Below, piece by piece: positions 24,262-33,585 of a stretch of DNA of 64,000 bases. The translations under genes were made by a program, and so were the position numbers. Where the stretch lies: the NCBI GenBank assembly GCA_031551965.1, contig JAVBMW010000027.1, positions 5,808 through 69,807 on the forward strand. The letters run 5' to 3'. The notes under the pieces were generated by a model. It was given only the letters and a program-made list of their open reading frames with translations. It searched no databases and had not been told where the DNA came from. Positions within the stretch are counted from its first letter, which is position 1; each line of letters opens with the position of its first letter. This stretch comes from Holdemania sp. (GTDB lineage Bacteria > Bacillota_I > Bacilli_A > Erysipelotrichales > Erysipelotrichaceae).

Positions 24262-24374
24262 AGAAAATATTATTTTACTCACTTTTAATTGGGCTTGTTT
24301 ACAATTTTGACCAAAAAGTTTCTATGGTTTTAATTTGGACATTAATTTGATACAATGATAAAGGTGATGTTCAA

Positions 24375-25844
24375 ATGTTTCATATATCTGATGTAAAAAA
24401 ATATAGTCGATGTCCTAAGATGTTTTATAATTCACTTCATGAGCCGGTGAATTCTTTTATGCGTTATATACGTGTAGATGAAGCATTGACAGAACTTGCG
24501 ATGCAGAAGCTTAAAGTAGAAAACTATTTTTTAGGGCAACGCAATGATCCAAGTTCAGTAGCGATGGAAGCATCTAAAAATAATGAATGGTTGATCAAAG
24601 CGCGTTTTGAAGCTGAAAACTGTAGAGTTAAAATTCCTCTAATGCATAAAACTGAAGAGGGGTGGGATCTTTACTTTATATTAACGGCAATTTATCCAAA
24701 AGAAGATGATATGCAATATTATTGTAATAATGTCTGGGTGTTGAATAAGTTAGGATTTAAAATCAATAATATTTATATTTTACATTTAAACAAAGATTAC
24801 ATCAGAGAAGCTGAATTGAATGTAGATCAGCTATTTGTGATTGGGGAAGATTTTTATAATGCTAACGGTAATCCAGTCAGTAAGGTCACAAAGACTATAA
24901 AAGATAGAATACAAAATTTGACACCTGTTCTAAAAGAAATGGAACAGGTTGCAGCACTTGATGAATTTGAAGCAGTAAAGTCAAAAAAATGTATAAAAAG
25001 AAATCGATGTTCATATTATGATGTTTGTTTTCCAAATGAAAAAAAATTAGAAGATGATTCAGTGATGACATTAGTTTCATCTCAATATAAAAATGAAATG
25101 TTTCAGGAAGGAATAAGATTGTTAAAAGATATTCCCTTGAATCGTTTAGAAGGCTCTAGACAACAATATGCACAAGTTATGGCAAGTCGTAAGGGTGGTC
25201 AGTTTGTGGATAAGAGTGCCCTTAAAACGTGGATCAATAATCAACTTGTTGAACCACTAAGTTTTTTAGATTTTGAATGGGAAACTTATGCGATACCGCC
25301 ATTTGTTGGATTAAAACCTTTTGATGTGGTTTGTTTCCAATATTCACTGCATATGCTAAAAGAGGACCAATCTTTGATCCACAAAGAATTTTTAGGAGTT
25401 CATGATTGCCGTGAAGAATTCATTTTACGATTGATTCAAGATCTGCCAAAAAGTGGAAGCATTTTAGCTTACAACGGTGAAGGTGCTGAAAAGCTTCGTT
25501 TAATTGAATTGGCTGAACAATTTCCCCAATACAAAGATGAGTTATTGTCAATATGCGACCGTATCGTTGATTTAAGTATTCCTTTTATGAATGGTTTAGT
25601 TTATGACATACGAATGAAAGGCTTTTATTCACTTAAAGTTTTATTATCAGTCTTTGATAATGAATTAAAATATTCAGATTTGGATATCAGTCATGGAATG
25701 GATGCTGTATTCAAATGGAGAAGCATGGATAAAGATGAAAGTGAAAATAAAGAAATTGAACAACAACTTATGGAATATTGTGGGTTAGACACATTAGCCA
25801 TGGTGATCGTATTGGATTGGTTAAAAAAACAGGTGGAGGATTAA
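24375..25844 (+). CDS. DUF2779-like protein: N-terminal Cas4/RecB-like Cys-cluster region plus C-terminal DEDD-like exonuclease region
   Basis: One Cys near the N-terminus (SRCPKMF) plus CIKRNRCSYYDVC. The C-terminal LSFLDFEWET ... YNGEGAE ... YCGLDTLAM resembles exonuclease motifs. Confidence 0.55.
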   Translation: MFHISDVKKYSRCPKMFYNSLHEPVNSFMRYIRVDEALTELAMQKLKVENYFLGQRNDPSSVAMEASKNNEWLIKARFEAENCRVKIPLMHKTEEGWDLYFILTAIYPKEDDMQYYCNNVWVLNKLGFKINNIYILHLNKDYIREAELNVDQLFVIGEDFYNANGNPVSKVTKTIKDRIQNLTPVLKEMEQVAALDEFEAVKSKKCIKRNRCSYYDVCFPNEKKLEDDSVMTLVSSQYKNEMFQEGIRLLKDIPLNRLEGSRQQYAQVMASRKGGQFVDKSALKTWINNQLVEPLSFLDFEWETYAIPPFVGLKPFDVVCFQYSLHMLKEDQSLIHKEFLGVHDCREEFILRLIQDLPKSGSILAYNGEGAEKLRLIELAEQFPQYKDELLSICDRIVDLSIPFMNGLVYDIRMKGFYSLKVLLSVFDNELKYSDLDISHGMDAVFKWRSMDKDESENKEIEQQLMEYCGLDTLAMVIVLDWLKKQVED

Positions 25845-25845
25845 A

Positions 25846-26772
25846 ATGAAAATTTTAGATTTACACGCTGATATTGGATATGACATTGCTTTAAAACGAT
25901 CGAATCAAGAGTCTGATGTATTTATGCGCCATCATTATTCAAAATTACAAACTGGAGAAATAACGACAACTGCAGTTGCGTGCTATTTTGAAGGTCAAGA
26001 GTCATGGGAAACAATGCAAGATGCAGTACTAGAATGCAATGAAGATATAAAAAATACAGACATCAACATTATTTTAAACAAAAATGATTTTGATACTAGT
26101 GCACAACAAAGTGTTATTTTGACAATTGAAGGAATGTGCGGTATTGATCAGGATGTTGAAGATAGAATACAGTGGCTTTATGATCATGGTGTACGTATCG
26201 GAAGTCTTTGTTGGAATGAACAAAATGCCTTAGCGACAGGAAAAAATGGAGATGTAACACGAGGATTGACCGATTTAGGAAAACGTGTGATCAAAAAAAT
26301 GAATGAATTAAAAATGATTATCGATGTTTCACACGCTAATGAAAAAACATTCTGGGATATCATTGAATGCAGCGAAAGACCAATTATTGCGACTCATAGT
26401 AATTACCGTGATCTTTGCAATGTTGAACGTAATCTTACCTTTCAACAACTCAAAGCAATCGCCCAAAAAGGGGGACTTGTAGGACTCAACGCAGCTAAAA
26501 ACTTTGTCGATCCTAATCCTGAACTTCAGGATGTTGCCCACTTAGCGAAACACGGAATTGAAATGACAAAAGTAGTTGGCATTGACCATATTGCGATCGG
26601 TTTTGATTTTATGGATTTCTTTGAAAGTGATCGATCCTTTATGGCAAAAGGACTTGAATCTGCAGATGTTGCCCAAAATCTTTTGATTGAGTTACAAAAC
26701 GAATTGAGTATTGAAGATGTGAGCAAAATTGCTTCAGAAAATGCGATCCGCTTTTTAAAAAAAGAGTTATAA
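25846..26772 (+). CDS. Membrane-dipeptidase-family (M19) dipeptidase
   Basis: LDLHADIGYD, IDVSHANEKTFWD, ATHSN and IGFDF motifs. Confidence 0.8.
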   Translation: MKILDLHADIGYDIALKRSNQESDVFMRHHYSKLQTGEITTTAVACYFEGQESWETMQDAVLECNEDIKNTDINIILNKNDFDTSAQQSVILTIEGMCGIDQDVEDRIQWLYDHGVRIGSLCWNEQNALATGKNGDVTRGLTDLGKRVIKKMNELKMIIDVSHANEKTFWDIIECSERPIIATHSNYRDLCNVERNLTFQQLKAIAQKGGLVGLNAAKNFVDPNPELQDVAHLAKHGIEMTKVVGIDHIAIGFDFMDFFESDRSFMAKGLESADVAQNLLIELQNELSIEDVSKIASENAIRFLKKEL

Positions 26773-26808
26773 AAAACATCTTGGAAATTTTCCAAGATGT
26801 TTTAAGTT

Positions 26809-27675
26809 CTAGTCAAGTGAAATTAACTCATAATCTTTAGAGCCAATTTCTAATTTGAATGCTGCTTCAATTGTATGGACACCATTTTTAGATTCAATTC
26901 TTTCAATCAAATGCTTCTTGCCCGGATCATCACTTGCATAGACTAAATCGATGCAAGCCTGATCCAATGCAACAGGATCACATGAAGCAAGGATTCCGAT
27001 GTCTTTTATTTTTGGATCCTCTGCCTTTGCACAACAATCACAATCGACAGACATATTACTCATGACATTGATATATACTATTTGATCTTTGTAATGATCC
27101 ACGATTGTTTTAGCGGCATCTGCCATAGATTCTAAGAATGAATCATGATCAGATGACCATTTCTTCTTTGGATCGCCTGCCCCATGAATACAAGCTTTAC
27201 CATGACTTGAAGCAATACCAATCGCAATGTTTTTTAAAGCACCACCGTAGCCACCTGAAGGATGTCCTTTGAAGTGAGAAAGCACGAGCATCGAATCATA
27301 GTTAGTTAAATGAGATCCTACAAAATTTTCTTTTAAGTGGAATCCTCCAGCTAATGGTAATGAAATGTGTCCATCTTCATCCATAATGTCAACTTTTGCG
27401 ATTTCAGTCCAACCATGAAGTTGCATTGTTTCCCAATGCTTTTCTGTAGTGTTTCGCTTACCAGGATATGCGGTATTACATTCGACGATCGTTCCTTGAA
27501 CATGATCGATCATTGGTTTCCAAAAACTAGGTCTTAGAAAATTTTGATTTCCTATTTCTCCTGAATGAAGTTTGACCGCAATATTACCTCTAAGTTCAAT
27601 ATTTAGTTTTTCAAATATTTCAATTGTTTTTTCAGGACTTATTATTTTTGTGAAGTATACTTTTGATTTTTCCAT
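26809..27675 (-). CDS. DUF362-like Fe-S-associated protein
   Basis: Start MEKSKVYFTKI after TAAGGAGA. The overall pattern is typical of DUF362/COG2768, and a Cys cluster SVDCDCC is present. Confidence 0.5.
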   Translation of the reverse strand: MEKSKVYFTKIISPEKTIEIFEKLNIELRGNIAVKLHSGEIGNQNFLRPSFWKPMIDHVQGTIVECNTAYPGKRNTTEKHWETMQLHGWTEIAKVDIMDEDGHISLPLAGGFHLKENFVGSHLTNYDSMLVLSHFKGHPSGGYGGALKNIAIGIASSHGKACIHGAGDPKKKWSSDHDSFLESMADAAKTIVDHYKDQIVYINVMSNMSVDCDCCAKAEDPKIKDIGILASCDPVALDQACIDLVYASDDPGKKHLIERIESKNGVHTIEAAFKLEIGSKDYELISLD

Positions 27676-27809
27676 TTTCTTAATCTCCTTAGAATTATTA
27701 TACATTAAAATTTAATAAGAATAGCAAGAAGGAGTTGCGAGTGTTAATTTATATGCCTCTAATACGCTAAAATATTTCTTGAATATACAGTCTTTTAGAA
27801 AGACACTTT

Positions 27810-29903
27810 CTATGGTGTGAAAGAAAGAGGTAAAACGATGGCATCATTATCTTTTGTAATCGATACAATTAAATCTAATGCATTTTCGTTGTTGAAATAA
27901 GAATCGGTTTGATAACGCATGAGTGGAGCATAGTTATCTTGAACATAAGTATTTCCACTAAAAGTGATGCCACTATCATCCAACACATCAAAATAAAGTA
28001 AGTTAAGTTTGGATTTATAACATACGTTGTTTTTAATTAATATGTTAAATAAATTTCCATTGTATGGAGAAGTTATTCCTAAAGCAGAGATTTCTTCTCG
28101 TGATTCACGCCAATTGTAGCCAGAATACAAAATAAGATTATCTTCAAAAGTAACATCTTTAAATATCGTAACTTGATCTTCTTCATTGAAGTTTGCGATC
28201 CATAAAGTATGAACACACCTTTCGAAAACATTGCCTTTTACTATGATGTCAGAGTTAATAGTGTTTTCCATTAACTCCTTATCCCAACCTGTTTCAATTG
28301 TAATTCCTTCATCATAGGCATCGTGAATATAATTGTTAAGAGCTTTATTACTCGCCCCGTTCATACCTAACGCACCACCTGCTCCAATAGAAATCTTTTC
28401 TTCAGGGAAAACACCCCACTCAGCACCACCAACAAATCCAACCACAGAATTTTGAATCGTTGCCCCATTTTTGTCGGCGGCAGTGAAATTAACGGCTTGA
28501 TTTCCGAAATATTTAATACACAAGTTATCAAGTATAGTGCCATTGACCACGTTTATAAATGAAACATTATTAATTACTGAAAATTCTATAGACCAATATA
28601 TTTCTCCAGGGTTCCCTTCATCACATCGCAGGTATAATTCACCTGTATTTTGGCAATTGAATAACATTAAATTACCATTTACATATTCATTCCAATTGGT
28701 TAGATCCACATTGTTAAAAAAGTGATTGTTTTCAAGATCTTTGAAATCTATTAGCACATTATCTGTTCCCAGAACTGTATAATTTTTACCATTCCAATAA
28801 GCCCATGTTTTATCGGCATAGCTTTCTCCTTCGTTGAATACGACTAATCCGCAGAATGGGAGTTTTCGATGAAAAACCCAAATATTATTGGTGCCTTCAA
28901 GTAAAGTCCATTTTTCTTTTCCAGTTCCATTCTCTGGGGATCCATAGAAACGTGGTTTTTCGCCAACTCCATAAGCTGAATATGTAACTCCTTCATCACA
29001 GAATAGTGTATCATAACGCCAAATATCTCCACGTTTGAAATAGACACCATCTCCTTGATTAAAAGATGTATTATTTATTTTGTTGATTGTTGCCCATGCG
29101 GTTTCAGGTGATAACCCATCATTATTGTCATTACCAGTATTTGAAACATAATACGATGTACCAGTCACTATTATTTCTTCAGAATTTGATAAAATACTGT
29201 CTTTTCGAACTTCAACGTTTTTAAGTATATTTAATTCTTCTTCAGTTTGATACCTTATAGAAGGCTCTAATAATGATTCATAACAACGAAGTGCTGCCAA
29301 GAGTGCTTCGGTATATGTAAATGGATCAGATACTCGCATTGTATTATTTACTTCATCATAATCAAAAATGGTTTTATTTGAACTGATAGAAGTGATACTC
29401 ATACAATAAAAATATCCAAAAGTAGCGTAATTCCATTCGCTGAATGACATCACCGTTGGAAAGACAGGGCGATTCCAATTTGGCAGATAAGGATAATTCC
29501 AAGAGAATTCATCCCACGCGCTATCAGTAATCCTTTCGTGGCGACTATTATTGAAATTGAAATCAATGCTATCTCCATATATCGCTTTAACTGCAAACAT
29601 TACAGAAATCATTGCTTCATCACGCTTCATCTCTTTTTCGGTCAATCGCGCATTCATTAACTGTGATTTCCATTCATCTAATTTAGAAGGAGCGCTTAGT
29701 TCTACAGTTTTATCAAGCATTTTAAAAAAATCAGCATAGGTGATTGTATAATCTTCTTCTTTATAAGACCCAAATCCAAGATTTACTGCTCGAGCCAATT
29801 CTGGATCATCGTAGTTTTTTATAACTGTAGTTTGGTTACCACTGCAGGAAATTAAATTAATTAGAACCATTAGTGATAATGAAAGCTTAATTATTTTTTT
29901 CAT
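27810..29903 (-). CDS. Large lipoprotein with C-terminal right-handed beta-helix (pectate-lyase-fold)-like repeats
   Basis: Signal peptide plus lipobox LISCSG. AGGAGG sits 6 nt before the ATG at 29903. The C-terminal half is rich in N/G/I repeats (NNYIHDAYDEGITIE, VKGNVFERC, FEDNLILYSG). Confidence 0.6.
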   Translation of the reverse strand: MKKIIKLSLSLMVLINLISCSGNQTTVIKNYDDPELARAVNLGFGSYKEEDYTITYADFFKMLDKTVELSAPSKLDEWKSQLMNARLTEKEMKRDEAMISVMFAVKAIYGDSIDFNFNNSRHERITDSAWDEFSWNYPYLPNWNRPVFPTVMSFSEWNYATFGYFYCMSITSISSNKTIFDYDEVNNTMRVSDPFTYTEALLAALRCYESLLEPSIRYQTEEELNILKNVEVRKDSILSNSEEIIVTGTSYYVSNTGNDNNDGLSPETAWATINKINNTSFNQGDGVYFKRGDIWRYDTLFCDEGVTYSAYGVGEKPRFYGSPENGTGKEKWTLLEGTNNIWVFHRKLPFCGLVVFNEGESYADKTWAYWNGKNYTVLGTDNVLIDFKDLENNHFFNNVDLTNWNEYVNGNLMLFNCQNTGELYLRCDEGNPGEIYWSIEFSVINNVSFINVVNGTILDNLCIKYFGNQAVNFTAADKNGATIQNSVVGFVGGAEWGVFPEEKISIGAGGALGMNGASNKALNNYIHDAYDEGITIETGWDKELMENTINSDIIVKGNVFERCVHTLWIANFNEEDQVTIFKDVTFEDNLILYSGYNWRESREEISALGITSPYNGNLFNILIKNNVCYKSKLNLLYFDVLDDSGITFSGNTYVQDNYAPLMRYQTDSYFNNENALDLIVSITKDNDAIVLPLSFTP

Positions 29904-30138
29904 TACAAACCTCCTCATATTATGAATTAAATTATTTTCTATAAGATAAACTAATTATAATTTGGTTATAAGAACACTGTCAACATTCTTTGTTACAGAA
30001 TTCAAAATAAAAAAAACGTTCATTAAAACGTTTTATTTGCCCATGTGTCTAAATTATACCATTAATTTTAAGTGAATAAAAGAATATACTATCTTTAAAT
30101 TTATGCCATAATATAGGTATAGTTAGGAGGATATAACT

Positions 30139-30675
30139 ATGAAAATTGATATAATTGGTAAAAATGTTGCAGTAAGTGATGCGATGAGGGCAAAAATTGA
30201 ACAGAAATTAGGGTTCTTGGAAAAGTATTTCCTCATTGATGCAGATACCTCTGCAAGAGTGGTTGTGGGTGTGTTTCCTAATACTCAGAAAATTGAAATC
30301 ACCATTCCTACAAAAGTAGCGATTTTAAGAACAGAAGTAGAAGATCCTGATTTATACAGTGCAATCGATTTAGCTATCGATAAACTAGAAGATCAAATTC
30401 GTCGTCAAAAAACTAGATTATCTCGTAAGCATAAAGAAAAATTGGCGGTTTCGTTTATTGAAGAAGAATTATTAGAAGAACTTAAAAAAGAAAAAGATGA
30501 TATCCTAGTCCGTACCAAAGTTGTTCAAGCAGAACACATGGATCTAGAGGAAGCAATCATGAGAATGGAAATGCTTGGACATGACTTCTTCATCTTTACA
30601 GATAATGAAACAGATAAAATCAGTGTTGTCTATCGTCGTAAAAACGGTGGATACGGATGTATTGAAACTGAATAA
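30139..30675 (+). CDS. hpf: Ribosome hibernation-promoting factor (long form)
   Basis: MKIDIIGKNV ... A-R-IE-KL start, RRQKTRL linker and C-terminal dimerisation domain (FIFTDNETDKISVVYRRKNGGYGCIE). Confidence 0.9.
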   Translation: MKIDIIGKNVAVSDAMRAKIEQKLGFLEKYFLIDADTSARVVVGVFPNTQKIEITIPTKVAILRTEVEDPDLYSAIDLAIDKLEDQIRRQKTRLSRKHKEKLAVSFIEEELLEELKKEKDDILVRTKVVQAEHMDLEEAIMRMEMLGHDFFIFTDNETDKISVVYRRKNGGYGCIETE

Positions 30676-30679
30676 TCTA

Positions 30680-30701
30680 AGCCTGACGAAAGTCAGGTTT
30701 T
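30680..30701 (+). terminator. Intrinsic terminator after hpf
   Basis: cctgac-gaaa-gtcagg hairpin followed by tttt. Confidence 0.7.
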
Positions 30702-30803
30702 AATATGTCAAAATAAGGAACTTAATGAATAGAAACGTAACTAAAAATGTGACAAACTTTTCAACTTGATTTCGTTAGGATTGTTTTATGAAAGGAGAAC
30801 GAT

Positions 30804-31523
30804 GTGAATAGCTATGTAGAAGTCAATTTGATTTGCAGCACTTTAATTTCAGTTTCAGCTCATCTTTTGGCAAATAATTTCCGTAAATCGAAGCAAAATA
30901 AACATAAAATTATATTGATCAGCATCATTTATAACTTGTTGGGATTAGTATGTTATAACTCATTAAAAGCGGTCATTCTGATTCATATTTGGATGTGTAT
31001 TACATTATACCAATATCAAATCAAAGCGTTGCTTGAAGCACATTTTGTGATTTTGTTTTGGCTTACGATCGCAGTTTATTTTCTGGATGCAACAGTTGTA
31101 AATATGGTCTTGTTTATACCATCAACTTCAATCATGTGGGTCGGATTTGTACTTGTGTTATTAGTGAGTATTCTACTTATCGAAAATGTCCTTAAATCTC
31201 TTGTTTTTCAACAAAAATTTGAAATGGATATCGAACTTGAAATAAATGGCAAGACTTATCAATGCCATGGATATTTAGATAGCGGAAATACTTTATTGTT
31301 CAATGAGTTACCTGTGATTTTTCTTTCAGATACCATTGGGGTTGATCTGTTTGGATTAGAAAGTTATCCTGTTGAATATCAAACGATTGAACAATCAATG
31401 ATTTGTCTAGTTTATCTATGCAAAATCCGGTTTGAAGGAAATGAAAAAGAAGCTTATTTTGGAATCATAAAAGATTTTGGTAATCATATCGATTGTCTAT
31501 TGAATGTTGCGCTATTCCATTAA
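30804..31523 (+). CDS. spoIIGA: Sigma-E processing peptidase SpoIIGA
   Basis: Polytopic N-terminal half and the C-terminal aspartic-protease motif GYLDSGNTL. It lies immediately upstream of the pro-sigma-E gene. GTG start after AAAGGAGA. Confidence 0.8.
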   Translation: MNSYVEVNLICSTLISVSAHLLANNFRKSKQNKHKIILISIIYNLLGLVCYNSLKAVILIHIWMCITLYQYQIKALLEAHFVILFWLTIAVYFLDATVVNMVLFIPSTSIMWVGFVLVLLVSILLIENVLKSLVFQQKFEMDIELEINGKTYQCHGYLDSGNTLLFNELPVIFLSDTIGVDLFGLESYPVEYQTIEQSMICLVYLCKIRFEGNEKEAYFGIIKDFGNHIDCLLNVALFH

Positions 31524-31528
31524 TAAAA

Positions 31529-32224
31529 ATGAAAAATTTAATAAATAAAATCAAGTCGTTTTTCTTGATGCGTAAAACCGTATTTTTTATTCAAGGTAAT
31601 GATGTACTTCCACATCCTTTGAGCAAAGAAGATGAGGCAAAAGCACTTGAAGAATTTGAGGAAACTGGAAGTAAAGAAGCAAGAGATCTTTTGATCGAAC
31701 ATAATTTGCGTTTAGTAGTTTATATTGCGAAACGATATGAAACTAATCCTATATTTATGGAAGATATTATCAGTATTGGTACAATTGGTTTGATCAAAGC
31801 GATCAATACATTTAAAAGAGACAAAAATATAAAATTAGTTACTTATGCTTCACGATGTATTGAAAACGAAATATTAATGTTTTTACGCAAAAAAAATCGC
31901 CGTAAACAAGAAGTATCCTTTGATGAACCACTTAATGTGGATTATGATGGCAATGAATTATTATTAAGTGATATTTTAGGAACGAGTGATGATATCGTTA
32001 CTCAGGAGTTCTATGCTGAAGAAGATAAAAGAGAGCTTTATGAAGCGATTGAATGCTTAGAAGAAAATGAAAAAATGATACTGATGATGCGTTATGGAAT
32101 CAATGAAGAGGAAAAGACTCAAAAAGATATTGCCGATATTTTAGGAATATCACAATCTTATATCTCTCGACTAGAAAAAAAGATTCTGAGTAAACTCAAG
32201 AATCAATTAGTTAAAAAATTATAA
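31529..32224 (+). CDS. sigE: Sporulation sigma factor SigE (pro-sigma-E)
   Basis: Pro-sequence MKNLINKIKSFFL ..., then IQGNDVLPHPLSKEDE (cf. YIGGSEALPPPLSKDEE in B. subtilis). Region 2 is NLRLVVYIAKRY and region 4 is TQKDIADILGISQSYISRLEKK. Confidence 0.85.
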   Translation: MKNLINKIKSFFLMRKTVFFIQGNDVLPHPLSKEDEAKALEEFEETGSKEARDLLIEHNLRLVVYIAKRYETNPIFMEDIISIGTIGLIKAINTFKRDKNIKLVTYASRCIENEILMFLRKKNRRKQEVSFDEPLNVDYDGNELLLSDILGTSDDIVTQEFYAEEDKRELYEAIECLEENEKMILMMRYGINEEEKTQKDIADILGISQSYISRLEKKILSKLKNQLVKKL

Positions 32225-32863
32225 TAGAATGTTTAGAAATAACGTAAGACTGAAACTGATTATCATTGGTAAGATCGAGTTAGTCTGATTGTACAAATAG
32301 GCTGTAATCAACGATATTAAGAAGTTATAGCCAAAACTATAAAGCAGTAGAGGCCATTCTAAACCTTGTTGAGTGATAGCAACAAAGAAACCAAAGAGTA
32401 AACCTGAACCTAAAATTACTGCTTTTTCTCCAATGCGAACTTTGAATCGATCAGTAAAACATTTAAAAGTTATACCAAAGCAAATGGCATAGCATAATGT
32501 ATAAGCTAAAATAATCGTAATATAAAAGAAACTGTATTGTTTAAGTGTAGCTAACTCAGGAGTGAAAATAAATCCTTTTGAGAAAAGCTCATTGATGATG
32601 GTAACGGCACAAGACAAAATAAAGCCGACCACGATAAATAATAGTGTTTCTTTTTTCTTGTTTTGAATTCGACGATAATGAAGTTCAAAAACATGAAAAT
32701 TCATAACTACTAAAATCAATGTGATCGTATGGATCGTAAAAGTTGCGGCAATAGTAAAATTTTCGAGTTGTCCTGCTAATAATGTTGCAACATAGGGCCA
32801 CCCAAAAAATAAAATTAGTGTAATTAATATTTGAATTACTGATAAGTTAGTAGATTTTTCCAT
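32219..32863 (-). CDS. Polytopic membrane protein (possibly degenerate CPBP-like)
   Basis: 6-7 hydrophobic helices. INELFSKG and YNQTNSI only loosely resemble CPBP motifs. Confidence 0.45.
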   Translation of the reverse strand: MEKSTNLSVIQILITLILFFGWPYVATLLAGQLENFTIAATFTIHTITLILVVMNFHVFELHYRRIQNKKKETLLFIVVGFILSCAVTIINELFSKGFIFTPELATLKQYSFFYITIILAYTLCYAICFGITFKCFTDRFKVRIGEKAVILGSGLLFGFFVAITQQGLEWPLLLYSFGYNFLISLITAYLYNQTNSILPMIISFSLTLFLNILL

Positions 32864-32982
32864 AAATTCCTCCAACAATCCTATTTTAGACTAAGTATAA
32901 GATTTTGTCGATTAGAATTTTTTTCAAAAAAAATGAGGTGAAGACTCATTTTGTTGGAATATTAATAGTAGGAGGGATTTTT

Positions 32983-33312
32983 ATGTTTGATGAAAATTTA
33001 ACAACACAACAACAGGAACAAATCATGAAGTATTTGATCAAGTGCTACAAACAATCAAGTAATCGTATTAAAAGAGCAGAAGCATGCAACACGATTCAAG
33101 AAAATGAAAAACTATATTTAAGTGATAAGACCACAAGAATGTTGGTGGATGATGCTTTAAATGAGTTAAGTCCAGATGAAAGAGAAATTATTGTTAATTG
33201 TTACATTGATGTAAAAAAAGAAGGGTGGTACTTAGATTACTTCTCTAGAAGTACATTTTATAGGCTAAAATCTAAAGCTGTGAATAAATTTTTACATTGC
33301 CTACATGTCTGA
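32983..33312 (+). CDS. Small sigma-70 region-4 / ArpU-like HTH protein
   Basis: 109 aa. LSPDEREIIVNCYI ... STFYRLKSKAVNKF resembles sigma region 4 / ArpU-type regulators. GGAGGG RBS. Confidence 0.5.
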   Translation: MFDENLTTQQQEQIMKYLIKCYKQSSNRIKRAEACNTIQENEKLYLSDKTTRMLVDDALNELSPDEREIIVNCYIDVKKEGWYLDYFSRSTFYRLKSKAVNKFLHCLHV

Positions 33313-33342
33313 AAAATGGTATTATACAGTTGAGGTGAAACG

Positions 33343-33585
33343 ATGGAACAGACAGAATTAATTTGTAAATTTTTCCAAGATCAACTACAGTTGAAAGAGG
33401 GAACTATGAACGTAGATACTCCATTAATTGAGTTGGGCTTAGATGGATTTTCAATCGTAAATCTAATGGTACAATTTGAAGAACAATTTTCCGTTACTTT
33501 TGATGATGAAGATTTATTGAAATTTAGTTGTGTCCGCGATATTGTTGAGAAAATGGAAACTATGGGAGGAAATGAGAAATGTTAA
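33343..33585 (+). CDS. Carrier-protein-like (ACP/DltC-fold) protein lacking the canonical Asp-Ser attachment site
   Basis: 80 aa. [19 protein letters not shown] aligns to the ACP helix-II pattern LG-DS---VEL----EE-F, with Gly at the Ser position. GAGGTGA RBS. The 3' end overlaps the ptsI start. Confidence 0.6.
   Translation: MEQTELICKFFQDQLQLKEGTMNVDTPLIELGLDGFSIVNLMVQFEEQFSVTFDDEDLLKFSCVRDIVEKMETMGGNEKC

Noticed and set aside
21100-24370. ECF sigma patch as a mobile element
   Set aside because: It is AT-rich and accessory-looking, but it has no transposase, recombinase or terminal inverted repeats. The internal duplication is better explained by tandem duplication and deletion.
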